From a virus (Duplodnaviria > Caudoviricetes): a DNA stretch of 55,722 nucleotides. Location of the stretch: the IMG/VR virus record IMGVR_UViG_3300025065_000003, positions 1 to 55,722 of that record; one strand, 5' to 3'. The notes under the pieces are model-generated. The model searched no databases. It saw only the letters and a program-made list of their open reading frames with translations, and was not told where the DNA came from. Positions 34,312 to 42,901 of the stretch are shown here, in pieces. The position numbers were made by a program, and so were the translations under genes. Numbering within the stretch: the stretch's first letter is position 1; each line of letters opens with the position of its first letter.

Positions 34312-34635
34312 TCAACGCCACTGCTTGAACTCTCCGCCTGTGCATTCCAGCGTAGATAAATCTAGCTCCTCATCGTGAAAGCTCTCGACGGCACGCTTTG
34401 CGTGCGGACGCCACTCACAATCCGAATAGCAATGCTCAACATATTCGCGGATAAGATCCGGGTGATTATTGATCAAAAAGGTATGGATCATCATGCCTTC
34501 GTAGTCAGCAGACTCAAGTGCTTTTTCGAGGGTATTAATGCGATCGTCTAGAATAGAGACGAAGGCGTCGTGCGCTCTCTTTTGCTCTCGCAGAGCCTCG
34601 CATACGGTTCGGTTCATGATCTCGATTGATGGCAT
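34312..34635 (-). CDS. Hypothetical protein (moron)
   Basis: 107 aa; AGGAGG RBS; third gene of a small operon. Confidence 0.65.
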   Translation of the reverse strand: MPSIEIMNRTVCEALREQKRAHDAFVSILDDRINTLEKALESADYEGMMIHTFLINNHPDLIREYVEHCYSDCEWRPHAKRAVESFHDEELDLSTLECTGGEFKQWR

Positions 34636-34636
34636 A

Positions 34637-34843
34637 TCAGACCTCCTGTCCAGTGATGATCTGTTCTAGCGCTACCTGCATCGTGTAGGACATATCGCGC
34701 TCACGGCGGGATAGCTGGCGAATTGTGCGAGGCGTAACGCCAAGACGCTCAGCCAGCTCTTTTTGCGAGCCTGCTGCCTTGGTTGCCTGCGTGATTAAAC
34801 CCGGCGCGATGGCCGGGTCGTGGTGGATGCGGGCGTCTATCAT
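34637..34843 (-). CDS. XRE/Cro-type HTH protein
   Basis: SQKELAERLGVTPRTIRQL. Confidence 0.8.
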   Translation of the reverse strand: MIDARIHHDPAIAPGLITQATKAAGSQKELAERLGVTPRTIRQLSRRERDMSYTMQVALEQIITGQEV

Positions 34844-35052
34844 TAGCTGAACGCAATTTCAGAAAGACGATCAAGGCCGTGTACTTTTTCAAATGTCTTC
34901 ACCCAGTCAAAGTCGTTGTCGCCGTTAAAAACGTTATTGACCGCTTCGCATTCTTCTTGTGAAGCAAAGGTCTCAATGCTGATCATAATGTCTTCAACAC
35001 TTTCTTCTTTTTGAATGCCAGTCCAAGGGTTAAGCACTGTGATAGTAGTCAT
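34843..35052 (-). CDS. Small acidic hypothetical protein
   Basis: GGAG RBS, MTTITVLNPWTG..., TAATG coupling to the HTH gene. Confidence 0.65.
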   Translation of the reverse strand: MTTITVLNPWTGIQKEESVEDIMISIETFASQEECEAVNNVFNGDNDFDWVKTFEKVHGLDRLSEIAFS

Positions 35053-35097
35053 TTCGGTTACTCCGTTACGCTGTGTGTTTGCTGCTTCGATAACCAC

Positions 35098-35126
35098 AGC
35101 TTAGGGGAAATAATTTCCCCTTGCAA
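35098..35126 (-). promoter_or_regulatory. Sigma70-like promoter with a palindromic operator filling the spacer
   Basis: TTGCAA-GGGGAAATTATTTCCCC-TAAGCT. Confidence 0.7.
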
Positions 35127-35150
35127 GTATTGTTTTAATTAGCCATTAGC

Positions 35151-35948
35151 CTAAGCCGCTTTAACTATCAGCGCCGCTACCGGTGCCAACACCTCACCCT
35201 CCCATCTATCCAGAACATCCAACAGCCGCTCCCATACGCCACCCCAGCACGCTCGGCCTGATCGTGTCCAGCGCCCCACGTCTACCGCTTCGCCGTGCTC
35301 CGTCTCAATCCAGGCCGCAATTCTTCGCGGATTGTGCAACCCTGGCCGGTTATAAGGGTACGTCGTCTCAGCGTGGTGGTGTATCGCAGCCGACACTATC
35401 CAGCGTAGTTGCCGCGCTGCCTCCGCTGTCGGGTATTCGCTCTGACCCTGTCCTGGTAAACGCATTTGCATACCAAAGTGCATCAACGCTGTGTGCAGCC
35501 ACTCCCAATCCTCTGCCAGCTCATCCTTAGTAAATGGCCCGAAACAGTAGCGTGCCAAAGCCTGCAGGTGTTGCGGTTGGTTCTCGACGGCACTGATTAC
35601 TTGGCCAGCCTCCAAGCCATGCACGATTTTCCAATCATTGTCGGGGCAAACGCCCTCATTGCTCGACTTCGAAACGTCCTCAAGTGCGGTGCGCATTTCA
35701 GATAACCGTCGCTCGCTGTTCAAAACTGCCCGCTTCAGTTCATCGAGGTTTGTATCAAAAGGCCCTGCGTTACTGAGCGCCTTCACGTTGCGTTTATGCT
35801 CGGCTATCAAACTGCGCAGCTTGGCACCGTTATCACCCACCTTTTCACGTATCCGTTTGAGGTTGTCGAACAAATCGGCAATAGGGCTGTTCCCGCGTCG
35901 CGTTTGATACGCCTGAAATATCATTGATCGTGCCGAGTCGTAACGCAT
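35151..35948 (-). CDS. Putative late antiterminator (Q position)
   Basis: Last nin-region gene before the late promoter; no canonical Q motif recognised, so the call is mainly positional. Confidence 0.5.
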   Translation of the reverse strand: MRYDSARSMIFQAYQTRRGNSPIADLFDNLKRIREKVGDNGAKLRSLIAEHKRNVKALSNAGPFDTNLDELKRAVLNSERRLSEMRTALEDVSKSSNEGVCPDNDWKIVHGLEAGQVISAVENQPQHLQALARYCFGPFTKDELAEDWEWLHTALMHFGMQMRLPGQGQSEYPTAEAARQLRWIVSAAIHHHAETTYPYNRPGLHNPRRIAAWIETEHGEAVDVGRWTRSGRACWGGVWERLLDVLDRWEGEVLAPVAALIVKAA

Positions 35949-36256
35949 CACTTTCCCCTACCGTTGCGTTTTCGTTGCGTTATTGCGCAACTGTTGCGTT
36001 TTGTTGCCTGCTGCGTTGCGTTTATCTCTGCAACCACTTCATCCCAAACGCTTTTTAGGCGTTGCGTTGTTGCGTGTGGGAATTTCTTTAACCATTTATC
36101 GTGTACAGCTTTTCGGCTCTCCTTTGGCACACTGAGCATTTGCCGTAAGACGAACTTCAGCTCGCATTCCTCGGCCCACTGGTGCCACTCAGGCGGGTAG
36201 CCGTTCTCCCCTCCTAGCTTGCGGCCATCGGGCCATGCGGTTGGGCACTCAATCAC
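35948..36256 (-). CDS. Hypothetical protein (nin region)
   Basis: GTG start coupled to the upstream stop; WAEECELKFVL motif; basic tail. Confidence 0.6.
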   Translation of the reverse strand: MIECPTAWPDGRKLGGENGYPPEWHQWAEECELKFVLRQMLSVPKESRKAVHDKWLKKFPHATTQRLKSVWDEVVAEINATQQATKRNSCAITQRKRNGRGK

Positions 36257-36420
36257 GACATCACCAGCATCACGCCCGCTCCAACAAAATACGCAGCCAC
36301 TACCGAGAGCATCCCCGTGATCCAGCACGCAATCTGAACGTTGTCGCGTAGCCCTATCGCGCCGCCCATGATTATTGGCAAGACAATCATCAGTAGTCCG
36401 AGCCCATTGATTGCACTCAT
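36253..36420 (-). CDS. Two-TM small membrane protein, 55 aa (not in the ORF track)
   Basis: MSAINGLGLLMIVLPIIMGGAIGLRDNVQIACWITGMLSVVAAYFVGAGVMLVMS; 4-nt overlaps at both ends. Confidence 0.65.
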   Translation of the reverse strand: MSAINGLGLLMIVLPIIMGGAIGLRDNVQIACWITGMLSVVAAYFVGAGVMLVMS

Positions 36421-36614
36421 GCGCCTTCACTCCCTTCACCGATATAGCCATTGATAACCGGCACCTCATTGCCGCACTCGGTGCATACCAGAGCAGCCAT
36501 AAATGGGCGCTCGCTCATAATGGCCAGCGGTGTGTAGGTTTCGCCGCAGCCGCATGTAGGGAATGCGGTTTCGCCTTGCTTTGGCTTACCTTGGATATCG
36601 ATGACCTTACCCAT
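36417..36614 (-). CDS. Small zinc-ribbon protein
   Basis: CGCG..CTECG. Confidence 0.65.
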   Translation of the reverse strand: MGKVIDIQGKPKQGETAFPTCGCGETYTPLAIMSERPFMAALVCTECGNEVPVINGYIGEGSEGA

Positions 36615-36966
36615 GGCCCATCTCCTCTATCTGGACTAAGCACCCGCCGCCCTGCACTTTCTCGCCGCGAATGATCGTCAGCTGATCCACTTGCTCATCG
36701 TCTACCCACACGCCAGCAGCAGTGATTGCGTCCAGCGCAGCCTTTGAGTAGTTATCGATGTCGCGTTTCCGGCGGCACGGCGGAATCAGCACGAGCTTGA
36801 CGGACAGGCGAGCTGTTAGCGGCGCGCCATTAAACTGGGCACTGATCTGCCTTACGGCATCTTCGCGATACTGGCGGCCTCTCTTGCTAGTGATCTTGCG
36901 GCCTCGCACCACGGCAGTGATGTTATTGACGGCAGGTGGGAACGGTAGAATTAGCTCAATCATCAT
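36607..36966 (-). CDS. rusA: RusA-family Holliday junction resolvase
   Basis: LPFPPAVN..RKRDIDNYSKAALDAI..VWVDDEQV. Confidence 0.92.
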   Translation of the reverse strand: MMIELILPFPPAVNNITAVVRGRKITSKRGRQYREDAVRQISAQFNGAPLTARLSVKLVLIPPCRRKRDIDNYSKAALDAITAAGVWVDDEQVDQLTIIRGEKVQGGGCLVQIEEMGHG

Positions 36967-37009
36967 TTCACCGCCTTAACTAGCTGTCGCCTAGCTAGTT
37001 GATCCAGTG

Positions 37010-37903
37010 TCATAGTAAGAAGCCTCTTTCCTGCATGTAGCGCACAGGGTCTTTCGCGCTTTTCCTGACGTTACAGGATGGGCACAAAAGCTGAATGTTC
37101 TCGGGCCGGTGCTTGCCGCCGAGCTTTAACGGCATAATGTGATCGACGTGATAACTCCGCTTGATGCCCTTGTTGCAGATTGCACATTTCCATTTCTGCA
37201 ACTTCCCAAGCTTCGGAATAGTCCCGTAAGGAAGCTTTTCACCTTTAGCCATACGGCGGCTCGTTCGCCACTCTTTAACCCTGTGCTTGTTCTTTTTGCG
37301 CCATTTGCGAAGCCTCTCGGCCGACTTGCCTGTCTCGACCTGCCTTCGCCTAGCAGCCTCAGGCCCGCCACGCCAGCTAGGGCTTTCAGGGCCGCGATAG
37401 ATAGTCACTTGCCCAGCTGCGAGCTTGCCCATAAATGTTTTGTGGGCTCGTTCTCTAACCTCGGGTGTATGCGCCGCAGGGTGAAGTGCGTTTTCGATAG
37501 AACACTTGTAACTGCAATACTTTGCTTGGCCAGCGTCTAACTGGCTTTTCTTGGCAAAGAATGAAGCCCCACAGGCAATACATTGTTTTGTTCTAGAGTC
37601 TCGTAATTCTTTCGACTTGATCTCTCTAGCCCGCCTTTTGCATATCGATGAGCAAGAATGCTCTCGCCAGTCACGACAACGCGGAATCAAGAAAGCGTTG
37701 CCGCACCCTTGGCATATCTTCTCGATCAGCTTGCTGGCATCTCGGGGCGGCTTCTTCTTCACGTAACGGGGACTCAACGCCTCTTCGACAGGTATCCCCT
37801 TGCTGATTCGCGCCCATAGGGTCTTCCATTTAACGCCAAGCTCTTCACCCCACTCCTGCAAGGTCTGCTCTTTGCCGTGTGCTGCATAAAGCTTCCTGCT
37901 CAT
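37010..37903 (-). CDS. HNH endonuclease with N-terminal DNA-binding and Cys repeats (homing-type)
   Basis: CAIC..HVDHIMPLKLGGKH..NIQLLCPSCNVRK; CSxxC repeats. Confidence 0.9.
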   Translation of the reverse strand: MSRKLYAAHGKEQTLQEWGEELGVKWKTLWARISKGIPVEEALSPRYVKKKPPRDASKLIEKICQGCGNAFLIPRCRDWREHSCSSICKRRAREIKSKELRDSRTKQCIACGASFFAKKSQLDAGQAKYCSYKCSIENALHPAAHTPEVRERAHKTFMGKLAAGQVTIYRGPESPSWRGGPEAARRRQVETGKSAERLRKWRKKNKHRVKEWRTSRRMAKGEKLPYGTIPKLGKLQKWKCAICNKGIKRSYHVDHIMPLKLGGKHRPENIQLLCPSCNVRKSAKDPVRYMQERGFLL

Positions 37904-38175
37904 ATCACTCCCTCGCTGATTGCTCGGTCTAGTGTCCTTGCCACCCACTCCCACTGCTGATCCCATATCTCAGGCGTGCGATGTATCTCGTCATGGTGCT
38001 GGCGACACACTGGCATCGCCATTGAGTCAGGTGCGGTGGTTCCCATGCCGCTCATATGGCCAACGCCGATAATATGGTGCGGGTCGTCGGCAGGAGCGCC
38101 GCAAATTACGCACGGCTGCCGCTTTACCCAGTCCAAATACTTGCGGTTGCGATAGGGCTTTTGCTTGAGCATCAC
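37900..38175 (-). CDS. DUF968-like His-Cys nuclease-fold protein
   Basis: YLDWVKRQPCVICG..DDPHH..PVCRQHHDEIH. Confidence 0.8.
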   Translation of the reverse strand: MMLKQKPYRNRKYLDWVKRQPCVICGAPADDPHHIIGVGHMSGMGTTAPDSMAMPVCRQHHDEIHRTPEIWDQQWEWVARTLDRAISEGVI

Positions 38176-38675
38176 GCCACCTCCTTGTATTCGTCCGGAC
38201 GGAAGCCACGTAGATTGGGATCAGTCAGCCGCATCCCCAGGCCAGTAAAGTGCTGGTACACAGCATCCAGATAGCGGGTTTTCTGGTCTTTGCTCATCAA
38301 GCGGGTACAGGGGAAGTCCAGCGGCTCTTGCATTAGCTCCAGCTTGGCTTCATACGGCAGCGGCTTAACGATCCGGTCATACTTCTCTTTAAACTCGGGC
38401 AGTTCCCAACGTAGGATGGGTACCGCAAAGTGCAGCTTGCAGAAGCCGCGGTACTCCTCGGCGGTGTGGTCGCCTTGGGCTTCTGCCTCCAGGAGCCATT
38501 TACGTTGGAGCTTGTTTTGATCAGTGCTACGCTTCACCTGGCGTTTACGCACCACGATCTCCACGTCTCCCCATAGCTGGATGGCATCTGTCAGAACGCG
38601 CGGGAGTTTCGCAACCGCTGCTAACGCCTCCTGAACTGACGATGCACGGCTAACAAATGGCTTTTGCTTGTTCAT
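38172..38675 (-). CDS. NinB-like recombination protein
   Basis: KRSTDQN motif; TRLMSKDQKTRYLDAV..GMRL. Confidence 0.7.
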   Translation of the reverse strand: MNKQKPFVSRASSVQEALAAVAKLPRVLTDAIQLWGDVEIVVRKRQVKRSTDQNKLQRKWLLEAEAQGDHTAEEYRGFCKLHFAVPILRWELPEFKEKYDRIVKPLPYEAKLELMQEPLDFPCTRLMSKDQKTRYLDAVYQHFTGLGMRLTDPNLRGFRPDEYKEVA

Positions 38676-38893
38676 GCCGCACCTCGCATGATCCAATTTC
38701 CCACTCGCTCTAAAAGGCTAAGGCTGGCCATTTGGCGAACCTCTGACAGCGTTAACCCGTAAGGCGCGCCGTTATGAGTTAGTAACACCTCGTCAGTGGA
38801 TGGAAAATAGCGGCTTGGCACCCAACCTTTGCGCTTCAAAGTCTCGATTTCAGCGTTGCTAAGTACGTCACTCGCAGGAATGCTCATCGTCAA
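38672..38893 (-). CDS. Hypothetical protein
   Basis: 73 aa; 4-nt overlaps with both neighbours. Confidence 0.55.
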   Translation of the reverse strand: MTMSIPASDVLSNAEIETLKRKGWVPSRYFPSTDEVLLTHNGAPYGLTLSEVRQMASLSLLERVGNWIMRGAA

Positions 38894-40275
38894 AACTCCG
38901 CCATGGCTGATTTTTGTTTGCGCGGCTGTGGCTTTGTGCCTTCGATCATTCGGCTAACGGTTTCATGATCTAAGTCGTCAAAGCGGGCATGCCCTAATCG
39001 TCCATTGGCGTAGACCGTGCCAGTCTCGCCTTCGCGCTGTTTGCCGATAATGATTTCGGCAACGCCTTTGCTTTCGATGTTATCGGGGTGATAAACCTCG
39101 TCGCGGTAAAGAAACAGAATTAGGTCTGCATCTTGTTCCAGGCTGCCGGATTCACGCAGGTCGCTCATCATTGGCCGCTTGTTTGGACGCTGTTCAAGCG
39201 AGCGGTTTAGCTGTGAGAGCGCAACGACCGGACACCCTAGTTCTTTAGCCAAGGTCTTCATTGCGCGGCTCATTTCAGCGACTTCTTGTTCTCGGTTCCC
39301 GTGCTTACCATCTGCTTTCATCAGCTGGAGGTAGTCCACCATCACCACACCCAGTTGGCCGAAATGGTCACGCCACCGCTTTGCGGCACCACGCACCTGA
39401 CTAGGCGTCATAGCTGCGCGGTCATCGACTATAAGTGGTGCATCTTTGAGGCCTTGGATAGCACTAGCCATGCGCGGCCAAAGCTCATCGGTCATGTGCC
39501 CTTTCGGGTCTCTGATAGCCTGTAGAGGAAGATTGCCAACCGCGGCGGCCATGCGATTACGCAAGGCTTGGCGATCCATTTCCATGCTGAAAATCAGCGC
39601 AGGCCGCTTATCGCGTACACAACAAGCGCGCATGATGTTCAGAGCGAAAGCTGTCTTTCCCATTGCAGGACGACCAGCCACTAGAATGAACTGCCCCGGG
39701 TGCATGCCCATCGTTCGGTGGTCTAAGTCATTCAAGCCGAAGCTCAGCCCCATCGCGCTTGTTTCGCCATTCCATTTGCGGTCTATCTCATCAAGCATGT
39801 CAGCAAGATCAGCTGACATTGGGCCAGCCTGATCAGCGTCGGCACGGATCAGGCGAGCCAAACGGCCTTGCGCATCATCCACAATGGTCATTAAGTCTCG
39901 GGCTTTATCACTGGCCATTGACTCAATATTGGAAAGCTCGCCTAGCAATTGCCGTCGGCTACTCAAGTCGGCAACGATGCCCGCATAGGTAAGAGCATTC
40001 GATGTGCTAGGTGTGTGTCGAGCAATTTCAGCTAAATAAGCAAGGCCACCTACTTCGTCATAAGTGTGGTCCGCTTCCAAACGTTCAGAGACGGTTACCA
40101 CGTCACAGGCGTGGCCTGCATTACGAAGCCGTACGATGGCTGACCAAATGATTTGGTTTTCCAGTGCTGAAAAATCGCTGTGGCGGATAATGTCAGTGGC
40201 TTTGTCGATCAATCGATTATCAAGTAAGCAGGCACCAATGACGCTCTGCTCGGCCTCTAGGCTGCGCAGACTCAT
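38890..40275 (-). CDS. dnaB: Replicative DNA helicase, DnaB family
   Basis: EAEQSVIG, AGRPAMGKT, VDYLQL, LSQLNR, DLRESGSLEQDAD. Confidence 0.97.
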   Translation of the reverse strand: MSLRSLEAEQSVIGACLLDNRLIDKATDIIRHSDFSALENQIIWSAIVRLRNAGHACDVVTVSERLEADHTYDEVGGLAYLAEIARHTPSTSNALTYAGIVADLSSRRQLLGELSNIESMASDKARDLMTIVDDAQGRLARLIRADADQAGPMSADLADMLDEIDRKWNGETSAMGLSFGLNDLDHRTMGMHPGQFILVAGRPAMGKTAFALNIMRACCVRDKRPALIFSMEMDRQALRNRMAAAVGNLPLQAIRDPKGHMTDELWPRMASAIQGLKDAPLIVDDRAAMTPSQVRGAAKRWRDHFGQLGVVMVDYLQLMKADGKHGNREQEVAEMSRAMKTLAKELGCPVVALSQLNRSLEQRPNKRPMMSDLRESGSLEQDADLILFLYRDEVYHPDNIESKGVAEIIIGKQREGETGTVYANGRLGHARFDDLDHETVSRMIEGTKPQPRKQKSAMAEF

Positions 40276-41333
40276 GCATCACCCCCGTGGTACTTCAGTT
40301 CAAGGATGGCGTCGAAGTGATTCCGCTCGACAACCCACTCCAGGGATAGCCATGTTGTGCCGTTCATCAGTAGCTCGGACTTGCGCAGAAAAGCGAAGAA
40401 CCGTCCCCACCAAGCGACACCGTCTTCATACGTCGAGTAGAGCGGCTTACCAGTCTTGGCGTGTTTGATCACGAACCCAGCATTCCACCGGTTTTCCAGG
40501 TCAGCAGCTCGCTTGCTCCCAGGCCATAGCTCTTTGGCGTGCTGACGAAATTCCGGCATAACGTCTGCCCACAGGTCGATAATTTCCTCAAAGGGGCAGT
40601 TGCCAGACGCTGCACCAATTTCATCGAGCCAGCGCTGTTGGTTCAGGTAGGTGCTCGGGTGCATGGCATCGAAACCCAGCTCACCGGTACCAAGACGCCC
40701 CTTGATGTTCTCAGCTAACATTTTTCCAAAGGCGAGCGGGTCACCATGCTTCTTGGCTTGAGACCTGAATGCAGTCTCCGCCTTCTTTCGGTTTTTCTTC
40801 GGAAGACCTGCCGAGTAGAACGCTTCGAACCCCTCGTGCAACGCAGTTGCACATATAGGGTTCTTTGACAGGTTCAATGACTGGTTCTTAATGACAGGTT
40901 CTGGGTACAGCGGCTGTAGTACCCCTCCCTCAGCGGTTGTAGGGGGGTACCTCAACGGCTGTAGGGGGGTGGTACAGCCGTTGTAGTACTTCAACGGCTG
41001 TAGGGGGTCGATTTTCCATTTCTGTTTTCCAGGACGCGAAGGCTTGGCACGCTGCACTGGCTTACCCTTGCTGAGGGTAAGTTGATAGAGGTTACTTTGG
41101 TTTAACTCACCGCTACGGCGATGCTTGATAGTCAGAAATCCTGCGTCTGCCAATGCCTTGATGTGAGCTCTCACGGTGCTGACGCCTATCTCGCACTCTC
41201 TAGCGATGTAGCCAATGCTTGGCCAGCACTCGCCATCATCGTTGGCATTGTCAGCCAGCTTGATCAGAACGAGCTTACGCGCAGGGTTCCCGACTTTGAC
41301 CTTAAAGGCTTGGTCCATCATCATCAGGCTCAT
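40272..41333 (-). CDS. Phage replication initiator (N-terminal wHTH) containing the origin
   Basis: KLVLIKLADNANDDGECWPSIGYIA; YLNQQRW; directly upstream of dnaB. Confidence 0.88.
   Translation of the reverse strand: MSLMMMDQAFKVKVGNPARKLVLIKLADNANDDGECWPSIGYIARECEIGVSTVRAHIKALADAGFLTIKHRRSGELNQSNLYQLTLSKGKPVQRAKPSRPGKQKWKIDPLQPLKYYNGCTTPLQPLRYPPTTAEGGVLQPLYPEPVIKNQSLNLSKNPICATALHEGFEAFYSAGLPKKNRKKAETAFRSQAKKHGDPLAFGKMLAENIKGRLGTGELGFDAMHPSTYLNQQRWLDEIGAASGNCPFEEIIDLWADVMPEFRQHAKELWPGSKRAADLENRWNAGFVIKHAKTGKPLYSTYEDGVAWWGRFFAFLRKSELLMNGTTWLSLEWVVERNHFDAILELKYHGGDA
40866..41003. repeat. Replication origin iterons
   Basis: CARCSGYTGTAG at 40908, 40931, 40953, 40975 and 40992; TGACWGGTTC at 40866, 40878 and 40892. 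Confidence 0.85.
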
Positions 41334-41806
41334 TAGAAAGGCACCTCCATACAAGCAGAGTCGCGCTTATTGCGAGCCACTAACGCACCATTAACGCGCT
41401 CTTTGCTCTCTGCCTGACGTCGGCGGATGGTATACAGGTCTACCATTGAGTCGGGAATATTTTCTCCGATGGCTGAGTAGCTCATGAATGCATGCCGAAT
41501 GGCGTTTAGCTCCGCTCCAAAGAACTCTCGGTTAAATCCAATACGCCACTCTTCCAAGTGACGATGGATAAAGCTTTCGGCGGTATGACAGTCGGCAAAC
41601 CACTCAGCAAACATGCAGTCGAAAGGCATCGGCACGCCTGTAGCGAAGAGCTGGTTCATACGAACCCCTACGCTCCCAGTAGTCCTGCCGATTTTGTAAA
41701 TATCGGGCATACACCCATTTTCCAGCACATAAACCCAGCCTGCCTTAGCGAAAAAGCGCTTTGGATCAATTTGGTTGGGAAACTTGTAGATGTTTGACTT
41801 CTGCAT
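41333..41806 (-). CDS. T5orf172/GIY-YIG domain protein
   Basis: GWVYVL..YKIGRT..RMNQL..TGVPMPF..E..IH..NREFF. Confidence 0.88.
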   Translation of the reverse strand: MQKSNIYKFPNQIDPKRFFAKAGWVYVLENGCMPDIYKIGRTTGSVGVRMNQLFATGVPMPFDCMFAEWFADCHTAESFIHRHLEEWRIGFNREFFGAELNAIRHAFMSYSAIGENIPDSMVDLYTIRRRQAESKERVNGALVARNKRDSACMEVPF

Positions 41807-41949
41807 TAATCTTTACCTTACGTTAAGTACTTCAAAGCCCAGCACGCTCCCCAGCGTTTATTGCTGGGCTTTGTCGTTTATGGCTTATCTCAAGACGACC
41901 TGACAGGGCCTCATATCGCCCCTAAAAAGCGGGCGTTAGCCCGCTGGCA

Positions 41950-42147
41950 CTAAACCGCTCGCAACGTTTTTTTACGCCGTAAGCTGTAAAGCTGATCCTT
42001 CAGCGGCCCCGCGATAGCAATCGCGTGATCGAGCATCACGTCTTCTACTGCCACCCCGCGCCGCGATGCTTCCTGTGCAACCACCTCTTGGTGCTGTGGC
42101 GTCATGCGCCGATAAGTGCGCGTTAATGCTGCACGGTTCACAGTCAC
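41950..42147 (-). CDS. Hypothetical protein
   Basis: 65 aa in the cro operon; GAGGAG RBS. Confidence 0.6.
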   Translation of the reverse strand: MTVNRAALTRTYRRMTPQHQEVVAQEASRRGVAVEDVMLDHAIAIAGPLKDQLYSLRRKKTLRAV

Positions 42148-42173
42148 TCCTCGGACCTAATCCGGCCCTTCTG

Positions 42174-42503
42174 CTAGGCGCGTAAGCGCTGCATCATCTG
42201 CTCAGTGATGCGGTTTTCGATGAGGTGCGCCATGAGGGCTTCCACCATGTCGTCTTGTGCGGCTTGCATGCTCTGGCCTTCGGCCAATCGCTTTAGCAGC
42301 ACGTCTTGCCGGAGGTTAATCACCTCCATGCCCACTAAGGCGCACTCCCGTATTGCATGGGAGATAACGCCCCCGTGGCGCATTTCGGCCACCTGTTCCA
42401 GCGCGAGGTATTCCGAATCCTTAAAGCGCACGCGAGCAGGGTTATCCAGGTGCTCGCCTTCCGCCTTGCGGGTAGTGGGAATACGAGGTTCACGGTTCAG
42501 CAT
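42174..42503 (-). CDS. CII-position regulator (RHH-like)
   Basis: ARVRFKDSEYLALEQVA..ISHAIRE; follows cro. Confidence 0.55.
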   Translation of the reverse strand: MLNREPRIPTTRKAEGEHLDNPARVRFKDSEYLALEQVAEMRHGGVISHAIRECALVGMEVINLRQDVLLKRLAEGQSMQAAQDDMVEALMAHLIENRITEQMMQRLRA

Positions 42504-42561
42504 TGAGGCTTCCTTCTTCGTTTTTGCTGAGATCGCGGCCTTCACAGGCAGGCGGTTGGGG

Positions 42562-42789
42562 TTAGGCGACCTGTGTTGCTGGATCGCCAAAAATATCGGG
42601 GCGCAAGCCTTCAATAGTCAGCTCACCATCTGTGGCGTCTTGAAGTCGCTTGGCCATTTCAAGTGATGCTTTCCGGTGTCCACCCGAGAGCTGCCAGAGG
42701 TAAGCCACTGACGTTTCAGCGCTCTCTGCTACCAGCTGTCGTTGATCGGATGATGTTTTGCTAAGCCAAGTTCGTAATTGATGAGACAT
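42562..42789 (-). CDS. cro: Cro-like repressor (YdaS-type HTH)
   Basis: TSVAYLWQLSGGHRKAS..LRPDIF; divergent from cI. Confidence 0.88.
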   Translation of the reverse strand: MSHQLRTWLSKTSSDQRQLVAESAETSVAYLWQLSGGHRKASLEMAKRLQDATDGELTIEGLRPDIFGDPATQVA

Positions 42790-42798
42790 ATGGCATCT

Positions 42799-42882
42799 CC
42801 TGTTTAATGCTAAACAATTTAGCTTTGCGCTAATTTAAAATCAAGCAAGGATTAGCATTTTGCATATTTATCATTCTGCTAA
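42799..42882. promoter_or_regulatory. OR operators and pR promoter
   Basis: TTAGC-N5-GCTAA-like sites at 42819, 42852 and 42868; minus strand TTGATT-17 nt-TAAATT. Confidence 0.75.
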
Positions 42883-42901
42883 ATACTGCGAATATCCAGG
42901 C

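Noticed and set aside
35948-36469. ORF-track 173-aa version of this gene
   Set aside because: The upstream part overlaps a better-coupled 55-aa membrane gene; the true start is probably GTG at 36256
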